From a bacterium (GTDB lineage Bacteria; Margulisbacteria; Marinamargulisbacteria; UBA817; JAQBTH01): a DNA stretch of 56,771 bases. Position 1 is the first letter of the stretch, and each line of letters opens with the position of its first letter. A program made the translations under genes and the position numbers. The DNA is taken from assembly GCA_027623425.1 (NCBI GenBank), contig JAQBTH010000002.1, positions 1-56,771 on the forward strand, given 5' to 3'. Under the pieces are notes generated by a model that searched no databases, was not told the DNA's origin, and saw only the letters and a list, made by a program, of their open reading frames with translations. This document shows positions 50,743 to 56,771 of the stretch, one piece after another.

Positions 50743-51575
50743 GTCACTTAACGCCATTTGGTGTGCGAGATTATTTACCCCATGAGATTACTGCCCGGCA
50801 GGCTGTGTTGCGCGGTGTGTCTAAGGTGTTTAAAGCCGCTGGTTTTGAACGGGTGGTTACCCCAACATTTGAATATTATGAAGCCTTGCTTCCGGGTATG
50901 GGGGCGCATTTGCGTAAAAAGGCTATTCGATTTAATGGTGTCGAGGGTAACGACCTTGTATTGCGGCCCGATCATACAGCTGCAATTGCACGTGTGGTAG
51001 GTAGTCGTTTAACAGCTGCGGATTTACCGGTAAATTATTATTATTTAGACCCAATCTTTCGTCGTAGCAATAGTGGCGAAGATATTGAGCAGTTTCAAGC
51101 AGGAATAGAAATGATTGGTGACGCGTCTGTGGATGCAGATGCCAAGGTTATAGGCACTGCAATTGAAGCGATGAGATCGCTCGGATTCGATGATGTAAAA
51201 ATTGATATCGGGTATGCGGGTTATGTGGCGTCTCTTAGTGAGACTGAACAAAAAGCACTGCGTTACGGTGATTATACCGCGGGTATTCCAGCGCATGGGG
51301 GTGTGGAAGTGGTGCAAGATGTGCCGGAGTTAGTGTCTCTTCACGCAGCGTTAACAGCAAATGGGTATGCCGATTACGTGACTTATAACAAAGGTTTAGT
51401 GCGTGATTTTAGTTATTATACAGGCGTGATGTTTGACGTTGTGGTGCCAGGTTGTGGCCGTGTTTTAGGCTCTGGTGGCCGTTATGATGAATTGATGGGG
51501 CAGTTTGGTTTCTCTGCACCTGCTGTTGGTTTTGCATTGCGCGTTAATCGGCTACAGGAGCTAATGGATGTCTAA
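50739..51575 (+). CDS. hisZ: ATP phosphoribosyltransferase regulatory subunit (HisRS paralogue)
   Basis: LRPDHTAAIARV, GGRYDEL; no anticodon-binding domain. Directly precedes and overlaps the short-form hisG. Confidence 0.8.
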   Translation: MSHLTPFGVRDYLPHEITARQAVLRGVSKVFKAAGFERVVTPTFEYYEALLPGMGAHLRKKAIRFNGVEGNDLVLRPDHTAAIARVVGSRLTAADLPVNYYYLDPIFRRSNSGEDIEQFQAGIEMIGDASVDADAKVIGTAIEAMRSLGFDDVKIDIGYAGYVASLSETEQKALRYGDYTAGIPAHGGVEVVQDVPELVSLHAALTANGYADYVTYNKGLVRDFSYYTGVMFDVVVPGCGRVLGSGGRYDELMGQFGFSAPAVGFALRVNRLQELMDV

Positions 51576-52215
51576 TTACCTGCCAAAATCATCATTAACA
51601 ATTGCGATTGCCAAGGGTTATCTTTGGGGTGAATCATTGAAATTGTTTGAGTCGATTGGCATTTCCATAGAAGACCTATCTAAAACCCGACGGTTGATGG
51701 GAATGGATAAAAGCGGAAAAATTAACGTGTTGATGGTGCGTCCCTGGGATGTTGCGACTTATGTGCAGTCGGGCGCTGCTGATTTGGGGATAGTTGGGCG
51801 TGATGTGATGTTAGAACATGGGGCGCGGGTTGTGGATTTAATCGATTTAAAATTTGGTGGGTGCGATTTGGTATTGGCTGGTCCCGATAAAATGGATGCG
51901 GCCGACTTGCCTCATAACCTTCGTGTGGGTACAAAATTTGTAAATAGTACGGAGCAGTATTTTCAATCCCGTGGTTTAAACGTGTATCCTATTAAATTAT
52001 CGGGCGCGATCGAATTGGCCCCACTAACAGGTTTAAGCGACATCATCTGTGATTTGTCCGCTACGGGCTCTACGCTGCGTGAACATGATTTACATGTGAT
52101 TGACACTGTATTTTCTTCTACTGCCCATTTAGTGGCCAATTCGGTGATTATGAAGCTGTGTTATGACGATATTGTATCGTTGGTGGAGGCAATCAAATGC
52201 CAATTGCCAGCTTAA
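51568..52215 (+). CDS. hisG: ATP phosphoribosyltransferase, short form
   Basis: 215 aa. LTIAIAKGYL, DVATYVQSGAADLGIVGRDV, DLSATGSTLREH. Confidence 0.88.
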   Translation: MSNYLPKSSLTIAIAKGYLWGESLKLFESIGISIEDLSKTRRLMGMDKSGKINVLMVRPWDVATYVQSGAADLGIVGRDVMLEHGARVVDLIDLKFGGCDLVLAGPDKMDAADLPHNLRVGTKFVNSTEQYFQSRGLNVYPIKLSGAIELAPLTGLSDIICDLSATGSTLREHDLHVIDTVFSSTAHLVANSVIMKLCYDDIVSLVEAIKCQLPA

Positions 52216-52748
52216 AGCGCCAGTTCTTAAATAATTTTAATGATTATAAAGAGTTGCTTCGGTTGATGTTAACACCGGATGAAATCTGCGATGCGGTAGA
52301 AGATATTAATCTTGATGATCTTTATGGCCGTGGGTTTCGCACAATCTTGTTAGATCTTGATAATACGTTGATGACCTATGAACAAAAGGAACTGTCTCTG
52401 CAAAAGTACAATTGGGTGGAACGGTTAAAAATTCAAGGGTTTCGGGTTTTTATTATCTCGAATAATAGTTCGAAGCGCCGCGTGCAACGTGTTGCTAAGC
52501 AGTTGATGATCGATGGATTGTATTTTTCCACCAAACCCTTGGTGTTTGGTGCGAAAGAGTTGGCGGAGCGTCAAATGATCGATTTTGAACGTACGATTGT
52601 GGTGGGTGATCAGGTATTAACGGATGTCATATTCGGAAACTGGCTACGCGCACATACGGTGTTGATTGAGCCCCTAAATAAGCGCCTGTCGTTTATTAAG
52701 ACCTTGCAGCGTGAAGTGGAATTGTTTCTCTTACGTAATTTGGATTAG
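52197..52748 (+). CDS. yqeG: YqeG-family HAD-IIIA phosphatase
   Basis: ILLDLDNTLM (motif I), ISNNS, KP, VGDQVLTDV (motif IV). Confidence 0.8.
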   Translation: MPIASLKRQFLNNFNDYKELLRLMLTPDEICDAVEDINLDDLYGRGFRTILLDLDNTLMTYEQKELSLQKYNWVERLKIQGFRVFIISNNSSKRRVQRVAKQLMIDGLYFSTKPLVFGAKELAERQMIDFERTIVVGDQVLTDVIFGNWLRAHTVLIEPLNKRLSFIKTLQREVELFLLRNLD

Positions 52749-52809
52749 TAAGGAACCTTTCGATAAGAGCGCGCGTTGAGACTATTTGAGAACAGTTATG
52801 TATGCCAGT

Positions 52810-53124
52810 TTATACTGGGTTACTGGTAGATATTGCGATTAGATCAGATTCTTTACAAGATGAGAGCATGTATTTGCCCAATTCGATCATGCGGTGCTTA
52901 TCGTCGGAACCACCTTCTGATCCATTCACGAAGATTTTGCCAGAGTCGCGTTCAAATACGTAGGTGATTGCGGAGTCTGTTGGGGCTTGGCGATACAACA
53001 CAAACTGCTGTTTGCTTTCAGCAAATACGATGCGACTTCCGTCAGGCAACTTTTGTTTGTCGTCTGATAACTGTACAACTTTAATTAATCCAGTTGTAAC
53101 GGTATTCGTTTTCGAGTGTGACAT
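52810..53124 (-). CDS. Hypothetical protein (104 aa)
   Basis: ORF with its own promoter-like element; no recognised motif. Confidence 0.5.
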   Translation of the reverse strand: MSHSKTNTVTTGLIKVVQLSDDKQKLPDGSRIVFAESKQQFVLYRQAPTDSAITYVFERDSGKIFVNGSEGGSDDKHRMIELGKYMLSSCKESDLIAISTSNPV

Positions 53125-53164
53125 AAACTTTTTCCCTTAAGTGTCTCTTAAAATGTCATTGGAT

Positions 53165-53193
53165 ATTGTAGTTCATTTTTATCTTTTTTACAA
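53165..53193 (-). promoter_or_regulatory. Sigma-70-type promoter candidate for ORF 52810-53124
   Basis: Minus strand: TTGTAA (53188-53193) - 17 nt - TACAAT (53165-53170). Confidence 0.45.
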
Positions 53194-53352
53194 TAAAATT
53201 TTGTATGATAGCGGAATGTTAGTCAGAAAATTGTTATTATAATGTTATGTTTATTGTGGGTTCTTTATTTGGGAACATGAACTAACGGTGTGTTTACTTG
53301 GGGGGCGCAGCCGTATAAAGGTATCGTTTTGGGCCACAGCCCAAGGCGCTAG

Positions 53353-55986
53353 TTAGCTAGCGTCCTTGGGTGTGTTTGTTGCTTCGGAAATATCATTACC
53401 GTCTATGGGTAATCCTTCTCCTTCTTCTTCTTTGGCCACTTTTGCTAGCGCAAGAACTTCGTCTTTTTCATCTAGTTTGACTACTCGGACACCTTGAGAG
53501 GCGCGACGCTGAACCGAGATGGCTGAAATCTTTTGACGGCACAGAGTACCTTTCAACGTTACCATCATGATTTCATCTTCTTTATCTACGATTACCCCAT
53601 CGATCATGCGATCGCCAGGAACCGTTTTACGGAATTTCAGTGCTTTTACTCCGATTCCGCCACGCCCTTGTGTTTTAAACTCATCAACACGTAGGTTCTT
53701 GCCATAGCCCTTAAGGGTTAATAATAAGAAGAGTTCTTTGCTTTCTTTTTCGATTAAGTCGGCGCAAACCAAATTGTCTTCTGGTTTGATTTTAATGCCT
53801 TTAACGCCTCGTGATGCACGGCCCATGGCGCGTACTTTTTCTTCTTCAAAGCGTATTACCATCCCTGCAGATGTGGCTAAAATCACATCCATATTTCCAT
53901 TTGAGCTTAATACCCACTTTAATTCATCGCCTTTATCTAGGTTGATTGCGATGATGGCACGTGTTTTAAAGTGTGAGAAAGCGTTTACCGTGGTTTTTTT
54001 GATGATGCCTTTTGCCGTCACCATGACCAAGTTTTCTTGCTCGCTCTCAAAAGATTTTACGGGTATTAATGCGGTTACACGGTCTTCTTCCGGTAATTCT
54101 AAGAAATGGTTGATCGATACACCCTTGCTTTGGCGAGACCCTTCTGGAATTTGGTACGCTTTAATCTTGTGTACTTTTCCAGATGCTGCAAAACATAATA
54201 GGTAATCGTGTGAGCTTGTTACTAAGATTTTTTCTACAACATCTTCTTCACGGGTGCTCATGCCACTTACACCACGACCGCCACGCAATTGGGAACGGAA
54301 GATGTCTACTGGCATACGTTTAATTAGACCTCTTTTGGTCATTAGTATGGCCACTGATTGCTGTGGTATTAAATCTTCGATGGATACATCGTGATTTGGC
54401 GCCCCAATTTCGGTACGACGTGCGTCTCCGAATCGGTCTTTGATTTCTTGGTGCTCGTCTTTGATGATTTGATACACACGTGGTTGATTCACTAAAATAT
54501 CTTCTAAATCGGTTATTTTGAGTAGCAATTCATTGTATTCGTTTTCAATCTTTTCACGCTCTAGTCCGGTTAGTCGTTGTAGGCGCATTTCCAATATGGC
54601 ATTGGCTTGTTTTTCAGATAACGTGTAGCGTGTCATTAAACTTTCACGCGCTGTGTTTGTGTCTGGCGACTTTTTGATCAGTTCGACGATTTCGTCGATG
54701 TTGTCTAGTGCAATGCGTAAGCCTTCAAGAATGTGTTGACGTGCTTTTGCGACTCTCAAATCGTATTCTGTACGGCGAATAATAACCACACGACGGTGTT
54801 CGATATAGTGCCCTAAGATTTCCTTGAGGTTTAATGTTTTTGGAATGCCACCAACTAGGGCTACCATATTGATACCAAAACTATTTTGTAGTTGGGTATG
54901 CTTGAATAATTGGTTTAGTACGATTTCGGGTTGTGCGTTTGTTTTCAATTCGATATGAATACGCATTCCGTTTCGGTCAGATTCGTCTCGTAAGTCAGAG
55001 ATTCCTGGAATCTTTTTGTCGTTTACAAGTTCAGCAATCTTAATGATCAAATTGGCTTTGTTTACTTGGTAAGGAAGTTCGTGTACCAAGATAACGGTGC
55101 GTTTTTTGATTTCTTCAAACGTGGTACGAGCTCGAATGGTGATAACACCACGGCCCGTTTCATAGGCTCTACGAATGCCTTCTGTACCACAGATGATACC
55201 AGCGGTTGGGAAGTCAGGCCCTTTGATTGATGCCATTAGGTCGTCTATGGTGGCCTCAGGATTGTCAATTAAGGTAGAAATGGCTTCCAATACCTCATTC
55301 ATGTTGTGAGGTGGAATATTCGTTGCCATACCAACAGCGATTCCAGAGGTTCCGTTAAGTAATAAGGTTGGTAAACGGGTTGGAAGTACTCTTGGTTCTT
55401 CTAAAGATTCATCAAAGTTGGGTGCAAATTCTACGGTTTCTTTTTCAATATCTTGTAACAGATGCATGGCCACTTTTGCCATACGGGCTTCTGTGTATCG
55501 CATGGCAGCTGCGTTGTCACCATCGATAGACCCATAGTTACCTTGGCCATCAATTAATTGGTATCGCATAGAGAAATCTTGTGCCATACGTACTAATGAG
55601 TCATATACGGCAGTGTCACCATGGGGATGGTAACGCCCTAAGACGTCCCCAACGATACGGGCGCATTTTTTATAGGGTTTGTTTGCTGTAAATCCGGATT
55701 CATACATAGAGTATAGAATGCGGCGGTGAACAGGTTTTAAGCCGTCACGTACGTCTGGCAGGGCTCGGCCTACGATAACGGACATTGCATACTCAAGGTA
55801 GCTATTTTTCATCTCATCACTGATCGTGATAGAATTGGCAGCCGTAATAACGCCACCGCCATCGGAGTCCATTTCTACGTCTGGGATTACGTCGTTAGAA
55901 GCGGGCGTAACTTGCCCACTGTTTTCTTCAGGCTTGTTTTCATCTTCAGGGGTATTACCAAATAAACTTTTTTGATCGTCGCTCAT
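53353..55986 (-). CDS. gyrA: DNA gyrase subunit A
   Basis: [23 protein letters not shown], active-site [11 protein letters not shown]-terminal beta-pinwheel repeats. Has an acidic ~50-aa N-terminal extension. Confidence 0.97.
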   Translation of the reverse strand: MSDDQKSLFGNTPEDENKPEENSGQVTPASNDVIPDVEMDSDGGGVITAANSITISDEMKNSYLEYAMSVIVGRALPDVRDGLKPVHRRILYSMYESGFTANKPYKKCARIVGDVLGRYHPHGDTAVYDSLVRMAQDFSMRYQLIDGQGNYGSIDGDNAAAMRYTEARMAKVAMHLLQDIEKETVEFAPNFDESLEEPRVLPTRLPTLLLNGTSGIAVGMATNIPPHNMNEVLEAISTLIDNPEATIDDLMASIKGPDFPTAGIICGTEGIRRAYETGRGVITIRARTTFEEIKKRTVILVHELPYQVNKANLIIKIAELVNDKKIPGISDLRDESDRNGMRIHIELKTNAQPEIVLNQLFKHTQLQNSFGINMVALVGGIPKTLNLKEILGHYIEHRRVVIIRRTEYDLRVAKARQHILEGLRIALDNIDEIVELIKKSPDTNTARESLMTRYTLSEKQANAILEMRLQRLTGLEREKIENEYNELLLKITDLEDILVNQPRVYQIIKDEHQEIKDRFGDARRTEIGAPNHDVSIEDLIPQQSVAILMTKRGLIKRMPVDIFRSQLRGGRGVSGMSTREEDVVEKILVTSSHDYLLCFAASGKVHKIKAYQIPEGSRQSKGVSINHFLELPEEDRVTALIPVKSFESEQENLVMVTAKGIIKKTTVNAFSHFKTRAIIAINLDKGDELKWVLSSNGNMDVILATSAGMVIRFEEEKVRAMGRASRGVKGIKIKPEDNLVCADLIEKESKELFLLLTLKGYGKNLRVDEFKTQGRGGIGVKALKFRKTVPGDRMIDGVIVDKEDEIMMVTLKGTLCRQKISAISVQRRASQGVRVVKLDEKDEVLALAKVAKEEEGEGLPIDGNDISEATNTPKDAS

Positions 55987-55996
55987 GATATTCTCC

Positions 55997-56771
<775 letters not shown>

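Noticed and set aside
53321-53352. Hairpin TTGGGC-tgtg-GCCCAA just after the gyrA stop, considered as a terminator.
   Set aside because: On the gyrA (minus) transcript the stem is followed by AAAACGAUAC, not a U-tract, and the stem is only 6 bp. It is not convincing as an intrinsic terminator.

Overview
Dense chromosomal window with about 60 CDS and one tRNA-Leu. I saw no rRNA, CRISPR, transposase, integrase or phage genes. It looks like an uncultivated diderm bacterium of uncertain phylum. LPS-core heptose genes (gmhB, hldD, a GT9 heptosyltransferase, an LpxB-like gene) and a T9SS-type C-terminal sorting domain sit alongside Gram-positive/cyanobacterial-style genes (short YidC, exonuclease-DinG, YqeG, AroH chorismate mutase, HisZ). 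The housekeeping backbone is clpB (partial), metG, mreB, hemW, tgt, tyrA, aroH, birA, lysS, secD/secF, mnmE-jag-yidC-yidD-rnpA-rpmH, rpmE-prfA-prmC, dinG, hisZG, gyrA and gyrB (partial). Regulatory content is rich: a sigma-28 (FliA/WhiG-family) factor with no flagellar genes in view, an RsbV/RsbW-type partner-switching pair co-oriented with an orphan GspE/PilB-type ATPase, and a sigma-54 activator. There are two main candidates for something undescribed. (1) A single 943-aa ORF fuses a sigma-54 enhancer-binding protein (GAFTGA intact), through one hydrophobic helix, to an HtrA/DegS-like protease plus two PDZ domains. Its catalytic His is Asn, and a -24/-12-like element lies in front of downstream Pro-rich orphan genes. 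(2) Two very similar sigma-28-type promoters (AAGTT core, 12-nt spacer, identical ACCGATAA -10) precede two orphan operons. One of these is a tRNA-Leu-adjacent cassette of two large paralogous helical proteins separated by two small ORFs. Other observations: a dispersed hairpin repeat family (..GTTGGGAATGACGG), a duplicated 24-nt palindrome, a frameshifted secF, mnmE without a canonical start codon, a tandem PgsA-PssA fusion, a threonine-dehydrogenase-like SDR with a presequence-like N-terminus, and five convergent gene pairs whose 3' ends overlap. All functional calls rest on motifs read by eye in the supplied translations; no database search was possible.
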